A model generated the notes under the pieces. That model made no database searches, was not told the DNA's origin, and worked only from the letters and a program-made list of their open reading frames with translations. Of a stretch of DNA of 45,664 nt, positions 10,973 to 21,243 are shown one piece after another. The first letter of the stretch is position 1, and every line of letters starts with the position of its first letter. This DNA comes from Candidatus Tepidiaquacellales bacterium OLB5 (lineage in GTDB: Bacteria > Bacteroidota > Ignavibacteria > Tepidaquicellales > OLB5), in contig LLZO01000003.1 in the NCBI GenBank assembly GCA_001567545.1, positions 1 through 45,664 on the forward strand. Direction: 5' to 3'. Both the position numbers and the translations under genes were made by a program.

Positions 10973-11320
10973 TTAATCGGTTAAAGGCTTTTTCAGGAAT
11001 TCTTTCAAAAGCTTGCCCGGTTTAAAATGCATTTTTTTCCTTGCAGGAACAAATACAAATTCCCCGGTTTTTAAATTCCTTGCTTTTGGTTTTGGTTTTG
11101 TTGTTTTAACTTCAAACACTCCAAAATCCCGGATCTCTATCCTAAGGTCCGGACTGGCAGTCATCAATAATTCCCTTATACTGTCAAACAAAGCATCAAC
11201 GGCAGTTTTTTCGGAGATTTTTCTGCCTTCAAACTTTTTTGCCAGCTTGATCTCAATATCTTTTTTGGTTAGTGTTCTTACTCTCAGCTTCTTTTCGGTT
11301 GATTCCATATCCCTCTCCAT
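10973..11320 (-). CDS. HU/IHF family DNA-binding protein
   Basis: IEIRDFGVFEV, ARNLKTGE and FKPGKLLKE motifs. Confidence 0.9.
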   Translation of the reverse strand: MERDMESTEKKLRVRTLTKKDIEIKLAKKFEGRKISEKTAVDALFDSIRELLMTASPDLRIEIRDFGVFEVKTTKPKPKARNLKTGEFVFVPARKKMHFKPGKLLKEFLKKPLTD

Positions 11321-11335
11321 TTTTTGAAATATTTG

Positions 11336-11908
11336 TTATTTAGTTTGTAAAAATCTGTAAAAATATGATATTAATGATAATACAATCATTGCTATACTTA
11401 TAAAAAACATTATTGAGTATAAAAGTTCCGTAATTTCACTATGATACAATAAAAAACTTCCAAATTCTCCTGCTGCAGCTGCAGATTTAACAATTGATAA
11501 TAATAAAGTACTTCCAATTGTAAATACGGCAATTTTACCAAGCCAGTTTGATTGTAATACTATGTTCTTTTTATAGTTTAAATATAATCCCCCGCCTAAT
11601 ATCAGCGCATCACGTAAAATGGTGATTATCACATAATAAGTAGGAATTTTTTGCTCAATAAGTAAGAAAATAACCAGAGTTATAATAACAGCTTTATCTG
11701 CTATCGGGTCTATTATCTTTCCAAGCTCGGATATCTCGTTCCTTCTTCGGGCAACATAGCCATCTGCCAGATCGCTCAGCCAGATCACTGCTATCATAAC
11801 GCATGTAAGAAGGTAATTATCATTGATTAAAAAGAACAGGCACACTGCAAGTAAAATGAATCTTGAAAAACTAATAATATTCGAAATATAAAATATTTCT
11901 TTTTTCAT
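11336..11908 (-). CDS. CDP-alcohol phosphatidyltransferase (PgsA-like)
   Basis: DLADGYVARRRNEISELGKIIDPIADK signature; multiple TM helices. Confidence 0.9.
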   Translation of the reverse strand: MKKEIFYISNIISFSRFILLAVCLFFLINDNYLLTCVMIAVIWLSDLADGYVARRRNEISELGKIIDPIADKAVIITLVIFLLIEQKIPTYYVIITILRDALILGGGLYLNYKKNIVLQSNWLGKIAVFTIGSTLLLSIVKSAAAAGEFGSFLLYHSEITELLYSIMFFISIAMIVLSLISYFYRFLQTK

Positions 11909-12132
11909 TATTGTTTTTCAATTATGAACATTAAACCGAAAATAATTGTTTTATAATTATCTGTATTTATTATCAATATTATTTAATGTAAGAAAGTAGA
12001 TTTAATCTATATTTAATATATGTTTACTTCTGCAAATATACAAATCTTAAAATTTAAAAATAATTCATTTTTTTAGCTTTTTTATTAAAAAAAGCATAGC
12101 TATTTTGCCTAAATTGCTGATTTTTTCCCGAA

Positions 12133-13476
12133 ATGAAAAAATTCTTAAATTCAATATTTTCAATTATAATATTACTAACTATGTCTGTTCTCAGTTACGG
12201 TCAAAATAATAATTTTGCCCAAATTGATTTTAAAGAATACGACCTTAAAAACGGCCTTCATGTTATTTTATATAAAGATAATACAAACCCGATAGTAAGT
12301 GTAAACATTTGGTATCATGTGGGAGCAAAGGATGAGGATTCAGGAAGAACAGGTTTTGCACATTTATTTGAACACATGATGTTCCAGGGTTCTGCCAATA
12401 TCGGTAAAACAGAACATTTCAACTACATACAGAAAGCAGGTGGTACACTTAACGGAACCACAAACCAGGACCGGACAAATTACTTTGCATCGGTTCCAAG
12501 CAACCAGCTTGAGCTGTTATTGTGGCTGGAGTCAGACAGAATGTCAACTTTACAGGTAACCCAGGAAAATTTTGATAACCAGCGGGAAGTTGTAAAAGAG
12601 GAAAAACGGCAGAGATATGATAACGCCCCTTACGGCAGCAGGTGGGAAGAGATGATGAAAAGATTATTCAGGGAACAGACATATGAATGGACACCTATAG
12701 GCTCGATGGATGACCTTAACAGCGCTGATCTTGATTATGCCAAAAATTTTTACAAAAAATATTATTCACCCGATAATGCAGTTCTGGTTGTTTCCGGAGA
12801 TTTTGAATATGAAACAGCAGAAAAGCTTATTAAGAAATATTTTGATGACTTAAAGCCTGCAGGCACTGTTAAAAATAAATATGAAGAAATAATATTTAAC
12901 CAGGGCGAAATTAACGATACTATTTACGATAATGTTCAGCTGCCTGCAGTATATATTGGCTATAAAATTCCGGGCACAACACATAATGATATTTACGCCA
13001 TAACTCTTTTAACCATGGTACTGGGTGACGGTAAAAGCTCAAGGATCTATAATGATATCGTTTACAATAAAAAATCTGCAAGGTCTGCCGGTTCATTTTT
13101 ATGGGATAATGAAATAGGAGGAATGCTGATTGTGACTGCATCTGCATTTAAAAATACAGACCCTGTTAATTTGCTTAACGATATTACCGCAAATATTCAG
13201 AAAATTTCCGATGAAGGGATAACAGAAAAAGAACTGGAGAAAGCAAAGAATTCCATTGAGCATGATTATGTCAATATGATGCAGTCAACCTTAAGAATAG
13301 CAGATGAGCTGGCAAACTATTATACTTTTTTTAAAAATACAGGATTAATTAATACAGCCTTAAATGAATATATGAAGATCACGGCAGAAGATGTGAGAAA
13401 TGCTGCAAAAAAATACCTTGTAAATGAAAACAGGGTAGTTCTTACTTACCTTCCTAAACCGGGTAATAATAAATAA
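12133..13476 (+). CDS. M16B zinc peptidase, catalytic subunit, with signal peptide
   Basis: TGFAHLFEHMMFQGS (HxxEH) and LESDRM; N-terminal signal peptide. Confidence 0.92.
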   Translation: MKKFLNSIFSIIILLTMSVLSYGQNNNFAQIDFKEYDLKNGLHVILYKDNTNPIVSVNIWYHVGAKDEDSGRTGFAHLFEHMMFQGSANIGKTEHFNYIQKAGGTLNGTTNQDRTNYFASVPSNQLELLLWLESDRMSTLQVTQENFDNQREVVKEEKRQRYDNAPYGSRWEEMMKRLFREQTYEWTPIGSMDDLNSADLDYAKNFYKKYYSPDNAVLVVSGDFEYETAEKLIKKYFDDLKPAGTVKNKYEEIIFNQGEINDTIYDNVQLPAVYIGYKIPGTTHNDIYAITLLTMVLGDGKSSRIYNDIVYNKKSARSAGSFLWDNEIGGMLIVTASAFKNTDPVNLLNDITANIQKISDEGITEKELEKAKNSIEHDYVNMMQSTLRIADELANYYTFFKNTGLINTALNEYMKITAEDVRNAAKKYLVNENRVVLTYLPKPGNNK

Positions 13477-13487
13477 ATTACTGATTA

Positions 13488-14780
13488 TTGAAAAGAACAC
13501 AGAATATATTTCCGGATAAAAATGTTTCAATGAATATAACTTTTGAAGAATTTACTCTTTCCAGCGGTTTGAAAGTAATTTTAAGTACAGACCGGTCAGT
13601 ACCATCTGCAGCAATTAATATTTGTTACCATGTCGGTTCAAAAAATGAAGTGCCGGGCAAACGCGGCTATGCGCATCTTTTCGAACATCTGATGTTCGAA
13701 GGTTCAAAAAATGTTGAACCAGGAGATTATGACAGGCTTTCACAGCAGGCAGGATGCGAGAACAATGCATATACAACAGAAGATAAAACAAATTATTACC
13801 TTTTAGCTCCAATACACCAGCTTGAGTTTGCCCTTTGGCTGGAATCTGACAGAATGCTTGAATTTGCTGTGACCGAAGAAAGCCTTGAGATCCAGAAAGG
13901 TGTTGTAATAGAAGAGAAAAAGCAGGTTTTTGATAACAGGCCGTACGGCACTGTAAGCCTTGAAATGGCTCCCCTGCTTTACAGCAACAACGGTTACAGC
14001 TGGGATACTATCGGTGATGTAAATGACCTAAAGAATGCCGGGCTGGATGTTATCAAGGATTTTTATGAATCTTATTATACACCCGGCAATGCAGTACTTA
14101 CCATTTCAGGGGATATAAATACGGATTCTACAATAAAGCTTGTTGAAAAATATTTCGGAACAATTTCTCACGGCAACAGGTATCCCGGCAATACCCCGTT
14201 TAATGATAATATTTTACAGGAAGAAACAGTTAAAACCGTATATGATAATATTCAGCTGCCGGGGATATTCGGTGCCTATAAAATACCTAAAGAAAACTCA
14301 CCTGAGTTCTATGCTTTTGATATTCTGACTGATATTCTTTCCACCGGAGAAAGCTCAAGGCTTTACAACGAGCTGGTATACGATAAACAGCTGGTAAGCG
14401 ATATCGGCTGCTGGGTAGAAGGAAGAGAATGTTCAGGGCTGCTTCATTTTTATGCTATTCTGCTTCCGGGTGTAAGCATTGAAACTGTTCAGAAAGAAAT
14501 TGACCGGATAATTTCTGATGTTTGCACAGGCAATATTTCCAAAAAGGAAATTGAAAAAGTTAAGAACAGGACAGAAACCAGGAATGTATACAAGCTTCAG
14601 ACAAATCTTTCAAAAGCTGACATGCTTTCTCATTACAAAACTTTTTATAATGACCCTATGCTGATTAATACCAATATTGATAAATATATGGATGTAACTA
14701 TAAATGATATCAGGAATTATTCAGAAAAATATATTCTAAATGCAGGAAGGGTAATTTTAAATTACCTGCCAAAGAACTGA
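13488..14780 (+). CDS. M16B zinc peptidase, catalytic subunit, no signal peptide
   Basis: GYAHLFEHLMFEGS and LESDRM. Start is TTG 13488 or ATG 13530. Confidence 0.92.
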   Translation: MKRTQNIFPDKNVSMNITFEEFTLSSGLKVILSTDRSVPSAAINICYHVGSKNEVPGKRGYAHLFEHLMFEGSKNVEPGDYDRLSQQAGCENNAYTTEDKTNYYLLAPIHQLEFALWLESDRMLEFAVTEESLEIQKGVVIEEKKQVFDNRPYGTVSLEMAPLLYSNNGYSWDTIGDVNDLKNAGLDVIKDFYESYYTPGNAVLTISGDINTDSTIKLVEKYFGTISHGNRYPGNTPFNDNILQEETVKTVYDNIQLPGIFGAYKIPKENSPEFYAFDILTDILSTGESSRLYNELVYDKQLVSDIGCWVEGRECSGLLHFYAILLPGVSIETVQKEIDRIISDVCTGNISKKEIEKVKNRTETRNVYKLQTNLSKADMLSHYKTFYNDPMLINTNIDKYMDVTINDIRNYSEKYILNAGRVILNYLPKN

Positions 14781-14784
14781 AAAA

Positions 14785-16225
14785 ATGAAAATTTTTTATC
14801 ACTTAAAATGGTTCATATTAATACTAATTATGATAAATAATATTACAGCCCAGGAAAAAGAACTGGACAGAACAAAACCTCCCAAAGCCGGTCCGCCAAA
14901 AGATGTTAAGTTTCCTGAATATTTTGATACAACACTGCCAAACGGGATTAACGTACTTGTAATTGAAAATAATAAAATTCCGGCGGTATCAGTCAGGTTA
15001 GTATTCAAAGATGCTGGTTCATTTAACGACGGAAACAAATTCGGCCTGGCCTCATTAACAGCAGAATTGCTCACCAAAGGCACAAAATCCATGAAAGCAA
15101 CTGAAATTGCCGAGGAAATTGATTTTCTTGGCGGCAGTCTGAATGCAGGAAGTGACTGGGACGGAAGTTATATTTCACTTTCGGTACTTAAAAAACATCT
15201 TAATAAAGGAATTGATATCCTGAGTGATGTAGTGCAAAATCCCGTTTTCGAAAATGATGAACTTTCCAGGTTCAAAGAACAGCGGCTTTCGGCAATTTTA
15301 CAGGGTAAAGATGATGCAGGAAATTTAAGCGATAAACGGTTCAATAAAATAGTATTTGGCGACCTGCCATACGGCAATCCACCTGAAGGCACGGAAGAAT
15401 CCATAAAAAACATAACGGCTGCTGATCTGCAGGATTTCTACAGGAATTATTATACTTCATCAAACCTGATAATTGCATTTGTCGGCGATATAACAGTTGA
15501 TGAAGCCCTTAAATTCACAGAAGATAAATTTTCAAAACTTCCTGAAATCGGGATGAACAAAACGAATTCCTTTAAGTATTCAGACCCGGAAAGCTATAAA
15601 AATGTTTATATTGTCAACAAACCCGGTGCTGTTCAGTCTAATTTAAGGATTGGGCATATCGGTATTGCAAGGAACAATCCGGACTACATTGCAGTAACAA
15701 TAATGAATACGATACTTGGCGGATATTTCGGTTCAAGGATCAATTATATTTTAAGGGAAAAACACGGGTTTACTTACGGTGCCAGAAGCTATTTCAATCC
15801 GCATCTGTATTCCGGCGATTTTTCAGTCGATACAGACGTAAGAAATGAAGTAACGGATACTGCAATCAGCCTGATACTGGAGGAGCTGAAAAAAATAACT
15901 GCTGAAAATGTTACTGATGAAGAGCTTGAAACAGTCAAGAATTATATGTCAGGTGTGTTTCCGCTTCAGCTTGAAACTGCAAATGCAGTTGCAACCAGGG
16001 TCATAAACCTGAAACTATATAATTTGCCGAAAGATTATTATAATAAATACATTTCATCGATTACATCGCTTACAAAGGATGATATTCTGAATTCGGCTAA
16101 AAAATATATAAACCCGGAAAAAATTTATATTGTTGTATCAGGTGATGCAGGTGTAATTTCTGAAAAGCTTAAAAAAATTCGGGGACTTGCAGATCTATGA
16201 TGCTGACGGCAATAAGATCAACTAA
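14785..16225 (+). CDS. M16B non-catalytic partner subunit (apparent +1 in A7 at 16171-16177)
   Basis: No HxxEH; has SRINYILREKHGFTYG (R/Y pair). Corrected C-terminus is KKFGDLQIYDADGNKIN*. Confidence 0.9.
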
Positions 16226-16246
16226 CAATTTACAATTAGCAATTAT
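16219..16246. repeat. Heptamer array (caactaa-caattta-caattag-caattat)
   Basis: Read directly. It is the reverse complement of the array at 17396-17437. Confidence 0.6.
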
Positions 16247-16360
16247 CACTATACAGGAATATAAGCAGGAGAACACGGAAATACTCGGTAAAATTTTTTT
16301 AGAATCAGCAGTATATAATATTTAAATTAAAATTTGATTTTTTGCAGAAAATAATTTTTA

Positions 16361-17392
16361 ATGGAAGAAAATAAAACAATAGCTTCAAAGCCTTCGATAA
16401 ACTCAAACGGTTCCGGAATGAATGATGTTGAGATGGTAAAATATCTGAACTCTAAATTTAAGGAGCTTAAAAATGAAGTAGCTAAAGTTATAGTAGGTCA
16501 GGATGCTATTATTGACCAGATAATCATAGCCATATTAAGCAAAGGCCACTGCCTGCTGGTAGGTGTGCCCGGACTGGCAAAAACACTGCTTGTAAAAACC
16601 CTGGCTGATGTTCTGGAGCTTAAGTTTTCAAGGGTTCAGTTTACCCCTGACCTGATGCCAAGCGATATTGTTGGCACTGAGATCCTTGAGGATGACAGGC
16701 AGACCGGAACAAAAAGATTTAAGTTCATTCACGGACCTGTTTTTGCAAATATGGTACTGGCTGATGAGATCAACAGGACTCCGCCAAAAACACAGTCTGC
16801 CCTGCTGGAGGCTATGCAGGAGCATAAAGTTACCGCTGCCGGCAATACCTACACTCTTGATGAGCCGTTTTTTGTTCTGGCAACCCAGAATCCAATTGAG
16901 CACGAAGGCACGTATCCCCTGCCTGAAGCGCAGCTTGACAGGTTTATGTTCAATATCTGGCTGGACTATCCAACCGCAAGCGAAGAAATGGATATTATCA
17001 AATATACTACAAGCATGTACCAGCCTAAGCTGAATATTGTACTGAAGAAGGAAGAAATAAATATGCTTCAGGACCTGGTAAAAAGAGTGCCTGTTGCTGA
17101 CAATGTTATTGAATATACAGTAGGACTTGTAAACAAAACCCGGCCGGCCGGCGCAAGCGCTACGAAATATGTAAAAGACTGGCTTGAGTGGGGCGCAGGC
17201 CCGAGAGCTTCGCAGTACCTGATACTTGGAGCAAAAACTAATTCAATACTTGAAGGCAGGTTTTCCCCTGAAATTGATGATATTAAAAAAGTAGCAAAAC
17301 CCGTTCTAAGGCACAGGCTTATTACTAATTTTAATGCTGAAGCTGATGGTATAAAGTCGACTGATATTATCGATAAACTGGTAAATGAATAA
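16361..17392 (+). CDS. MoxR family AAA+ ATPase
   Basis: GVPGLAKT Walker A, QFTPDLMPSD, LADEINR, ATQNPIEHEGTYPLPEAQLDRF. Confidence 0.95.
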   Translation: MEENKTIASKPSINSNGSGMNDVEMVKYLNSKFKELKNEVAKVIVGQDAIIDQIIIAILSKGHCLLVGVPGLAKTLLVKTLADVLELKFSRVQFTPDLMPSDIVGTEILEDDRQTGTKRFKFIHGPVFANMVLADEINRTPPKTQSALLEAMQEHKVTAAGNTYTLDEPFFVLATQNPIEHEGTYPLPEAQLDRFMFNIWLDYPTASEEMDIIKYTTSMYQPKLNIVLKKEEINMLQDLVKRVPVADNVIEYTVGLVNKTRPAGASATKYVKDWLEWGAGPRASQYLILGAKTNSILEGRFSPEIDDIKKVAKPVLRHRLITNFNAEADGIKSTDIIDKLVNE

Positions 17393-17395
17393 AAG

Positions 17396-17437
17396 ATAGT
17401 TTATAGTTGATAGTTGATAATTGATACTTGATAAATG
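17396..17437. repeat. Heptamer array (atagttt-atagttg-atagttg-ataattg-atacttg-ataaatg)
   Basis: Read directly, immediately after the moxR stop. Confidence 0.75.
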
Positions 17438-17509
17438 CCAATTAATTGTTAATTAAACATTATAGTTTAAGATTAATTAAAAAATCTTTTAATAAGTTAT
17501 TTTATAACG

Positions 17510-17863
17510 ATGAAAACCATTACTTATTTTTTACTTTTTACTTTAGCCTTTTCGCTTTTGGGATGTTCTGGAACAAAAATATCCAAAAATACAAGCTCGC
17601 TTAAGAATTCAAAATATTTCCGCATTCTGGCAGATGCTGATGATGACCCGATATTCGTAAGGCTTCAGGATGACCTTGGAATTGAACCAAAAATGGAAAG
17701 ATATACAGTTGTTATAGATATAAGGGATGCAAATGACCAGATGAAATATGTTTTGTTTGGCGATGAATACAATCCGGCCCGTTTTGGCTGGCTGCAGTTA
17801 AGCGAACAGGTACGGACCGGTTTGATCAACTGGACAGGCAGCAATAAAGAACGGCTGGATTAA
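17510..17863 (+). CDS. Hypothetical lipoprotein
   Basis: MKTITYFLLFTLAFSLLGC lipobox; 117 aa. Confidence 0.75.
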   Translation: MKTITYFLLFTLAFSLLGCSGTKISKNTSSLKNSKYFRILADADDDPIFVRLQDDLGIEPKMERYTVVIDIRDANDQMKYVLFGDEYNPARFGWLQLSEQVRTGLINWTGSNKERLD

Positions 17864-17869
17864 TTCAGT

Positions 17870-19663
17870 TTAATTCTTCAGTCCTAACCAGCTGTTATAA
17901 ATTTTATCCTGAAGTTTTGTAGTATTATCCGGACGTTTTAAAGAATAGTTAAATAACTTTATTTCTTCCAGACTAATAATAAAATCACTTATTTTATTAT
18001 TTCTGAAAACAGTAACTTTTACCCTGTCACCGGTTTTCAGTTCTTTTATCCTCTTTTCAGCCTCTTCATAACTTAAACGGTTTCCGTCTAAAGCAATAAT
18101 TTCATCACCTTTTTGCAGCCCGGCTTTAAGTGCTGAGGAATTTTCTATTACATCCTGCACTATAATTTTATCTCCGTTTTTTGAGCAGAATAAACCCACA
18201 ACAGGTGTGATAACCGAATCAGAATGCTCCAGCTCCAGCCCTGCATATGATAGATATTTTTCCCATTCAATTGGTTTTACGCCAAAAACGTAATCTGCAA
18301 AAAACTGTTTAAGGTTTTTACCGGCAAATTTTTCGCAGGCTTTGCGAAAATCATCATTGGTATATCCTTTAACATCCAGCGGGAATTTTTTAAGCATATA
18401 CCTGAAGACATCATCAAGTGAGTATTTATTTTTTGATGAATTCCGTATTTCAAGATCAAGCACAAGACATACATATGAACCTTTTGAATAATAATCTGAT
18501 TCGGAATTATAGGAATTCCCGGAGCGTTTCCAGAACTTAATCCACGCATCAAAGCTTGATTCAGCCACAGGCTGTACAAGATTACCCGGCCTGCGCCTTT
18601 CATCATTCACACCGTTTGTGATTTCTTTATAAAAGCTTTCAACGCTCATTTGTCCTGTTCTAACCAGCATTAAACCGTCATAATAGCTGGTAGCACCTTC
18701 AGCAATCCACAGTTCTGATGTATAGTTTTCCTTTGTCCAGTCATATGGAGTTAATCCCGCCGGTTTAAGCTGTTTTACATTCCAGGTATGGAAAAATTCA
18801 TGGGATATTAACCTTAAAAATGATTCATAACCCTGCGCTGTTTCAAATGCATTGGGTTTTACACCAACTACGGTAGAATTTATGTGTTCAGTTCCCCCGC
18901 CTGATTGCGGAGTACAGTGAACAATAAAAGTATAATGTTTATACGGTACAGTTCCCCAAAAATCAAAATTCTTTTCTATTATAGTTGTAAAGTCTTTTAT
19001 CAGCCTTTCTTTATCATAATTAGCTTCACCAAAAAATGATATTTTATGCCTGTAACCCCTAACATCAAACTCAAAGTCTGTTTGCGTGCCAATTTCCATC
19101 GGGCAGTCTGCAAAATAATCATAATCCGGGGCATAAAATGTGAACGGGTCATTATTAAAATTTTCCATACCCGTTGTTACATGCCATCCGCTGAAAGGTT
19201 CAACCTTTACTGTTAAAGGTTTACTGTAAAACAACGGAACGAACATAAAAACTGCCGTATTATTGATAAAAGCATGCTGTTCATCCAGGGATCTTGTCCG
19301 GGAATTAAGATCATCGGCAAAAACCTTATACTCAACCGTTATTTCATTTGATGGTTTTTCAATAATCCAGGTAAGCTTATCAGTTTTTTGGTAATTCAGT
19401 TTTTTGCTTTTGCTGTTATATGCAGAAAATTCCTGTACACCTCCGGCAAAATCAAATATAAAATACCTTCCGGAGCGCCACGCAGGCATTTTTAATTCTA
19501 TATTTTTTTTATAAGAAGGGATGTTGCTGATCTTAATTTTAACATGCAGCATATGCTTAGCAGGTTCTGGCATTGAAACATAGTATTCAACGGGAATTTG
19601 CCGGGAAAATGTCATTTGTGTAAATAATATAATAGTTAAGAAATACCGGTGCATTAATTTCAA
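17870..19663 (-). CDS. M61 family metallopeptidase with C-terminal PDZ domain
   Basis: MPAW, GGGTEH, HEFFHTWNVK, LWIAEGATSYY and YYSKG motifs; PDZ-like end. Start is 19663 (TTG) or 19654 (ATG). Confidence 0.92.
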   Translation of the reverse strand: MKLMHRYFLTIILFTQMTFSRQIPVEYYVSMPEPAKHMLHVKIKISNIPSYKKNIELKMPAWRSGRYFIFDFAGGVQEFSAYNSKSKKLNYQKTDKLTWIIEKPSNEITVEYKVFADDLNSRTRSLDEQHAFINNTAVFMFVPLFYSKPLTVKVEPFSGWHVTTGMENFNNDPFTFYAPDYDYFADCPMEIGTQTDFEFDVRGYRHKISFFGEANYDKERLIKDFTTIIEKNFDFWGTVPYKHYTFIVHCTPQSGGGTEHINSTVVGVKPNAFETAQGYESFLRLISHEFFHTWNVKQLKPAGLTPYDWTKENYTSELWIAEGATSYYDGLMLVRTGQMSVESFYKEITNGVNDERRRPGNLVQPVAESSFDAWIKFWKRSGNSYNSESDYYSKGSYVCLVLDLEIRNSSKNKYSLDDVFRYMLKKFPLDVKGYTNDDFRKACEKFAGKNLKQFFADYVFGVKPIEWEKYLSYAGLELEHSDSVITPVVGLFCSKNGDKIIVQDVIENSSALKAGLQKGDEIIALDGNRLSYEEAEKRIKELKTGDRVKVTVFRNNKISDFIISLEEIKLFNYSLKRPDNTTKLQDKIYNSWLGLKN

Positions 19664-19787
19664 AAATGATTAAAATTTTTTTAATAATTAATTGTATAAA
19701 TAATACCCTATTAAATTAACTATACAAATAATTTCATATAAAATAACAATAAATATTTTAATATTGAGGCAATTAAAATCAAAAAAT

Positions 19788-20063
19788 ATGAGTGAAAGAT
19801 TAGTGAATTGTGTGAGATTAAAGGCAGAATTACCGGGACTGGACACTCCCCCGCTGCCTAACGAGCTGGGCCAGCGAATTTTCGAAAATGTATCAAAAGA
19901 AGCCTGGGCTGAGTTTCTTGAGCATTTTAAGATGGTAATTAACGAATACAGGCTGGATCTTACCAGTCCAATGGCTGACCAGGTTTTTGAACAAAAGGCG
20001 GAAGAGTTCTTTTTTTCGGATAATTACAGAATGCCTGAAGGCTATGTGCCTGAAAAACCCTGA
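19788..20063 (+). CDS. yggX: Fe(II)-trafficking / oxidative damage protection protein YggX
   Basis: RLVNC, GLDTPPLPNELGQRIFENVSKEAW, MVINEYRL and PEGYVP. ATG at 19788. Confidence 0.9.
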   Translation: MSERLVNCVRLKAELPGLDTPPLPNELGQRIFENVSKEAWAEFLEHFKMVINEYRLDLTSPMADQVFEQKAEEFFFSDNYRMPEGYVPEKP

Positions 20064-20168
20064 AAAATCACGTATTATCGTTAGAAATTTGAGTAATTTA
20101 TACTTGTTTTTTGAACATTTATAATTATATTAGGATTAAGTAGGGGATAAAATTAACACAAGAACATC

Positions 20169-21113
20169 ATGAGAAAGAATTTACTGTTTTTCATTTCATT
20201 AATTTCTTTATTCGCCTTAAATATTTTTTCGCAGCCAAGCTCTCCTATACTCGTAGAGCCTCCTAAGGATGTTGACGTTGCGATCACACCAATTATACTG
20301 GAATGGGATGACGTTCCTGATGCAATTTGCTATAAAGTAGAAATTTATACAGATACTACCAGTCCTGATAAGTTTGAAGGAACATGCAATGCTCCTACAT
20401 CACACTTTGAAGTACCTTTGGAAGAAACAGAATTAAACACCAGGTATTTCTGGAGGGTTTTTGCCTGCAGCAACGAAGGCTGGAGCGAACCATCTGCATT
20501 TTTTAATTTCAAGACAAAAGCTGCTGATGTTGGCGGTACTATTGGTAATTTAACCGATGGCGTTATTGATCTTATTGCAGACGAAGAAGTATCATCATCA
20601 CAGGGTAACCAGCTGATATACAGGCTTGACAGGGCTGCATTAAGATACAGCCAGGGATATAAAATAATGGCTATTTTTGAAATGGTGCTCTTTAAGGCAA
20701 GGGTAGCAATATTATGGTATTCATTACAGATTGATGCACCTACAAACAGAGCTTTACAATACAGCGCAGATGGTGTTATTGATCTGATAGCGGATGAATT
20801 AGATGCTCCAAACGGTATTATTCCTTCAGTTAATGATTACCTGATACCTAAAAATTTTGAACTAAGCCAGAATTACCCGAATCCGTTTAATCCAAGCACT
20901 ACCATAGAATATTCTATTCCAAGGGATGCTAATGTAACTTTAAAGATCTTTGATGTGCTGGGTAAAGAGGTTGCTACACTTGAAAACTCGCAAAAATCAG
21001 CCGGTACTTATATATTAAACTGGAATGCATCCAATTACAGCAGCGGTATTTATTTTTACAGGTTAACTGCAGGTGAATTTACCGAAACCAAAAAGATGTT
21101 TCTTGTAAAATAA
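20169..21113 (+). CDS. T9SS-type secreted protein (Fn3-like, helical FIMAH-like and CTD domains)
   Basis: Signal peptide; LEWDDV...YFWRV..WSE Fn3 pattern; QNYPNPFNP...KKMFLVK tail. Confidence 0.82.
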   Translation: MRKNLLFFISLISLFALNIFSQPSSPILVEPPKDVDVAITPIILEWDDVPDAICYKVEIYTDTTSPDKFEGTCNAPTSHFEVPLEETELNTRYFWRVFACSNEGWSEPSAFFNFKTKAADVGGTIGNLTDGVIDLIADEEVSSSQGNQLIYRLDRAALRYSQGYKIMAIFEMVLFKARVAILWYSLQIDAPTNRALQYSADGVIDLIADELDAPNGIIPSVNDYLIPKNFELSQNYPNPFNPSTTIEYSIPRDANVTLKIFDVLGKEVATLENSQKSAGTYILNWNASNYSSGIYFYRLTAGEFTETKKMFLVK

Positions 21114-21142
21114 AAATCACCGGTATCACAGTTTACTTTTAT

Positions 21143-21182
21143 AAAGAAGAGTGTTATTTTATGATAACACTCTTCTTTTTTT
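21143..21182 (+). terminator. Intrinsic terminator
   Basis: aaagaagagtgttat / ataacactcttcttt stem followed by a T run. Confidence 0.8.
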
Positions 21183-21243
21183 GCCGGTACCGGATATACC
21201 CTGTACGGCAAATATTGCAGCAGTAAAATTAGATCTGTTAAAA

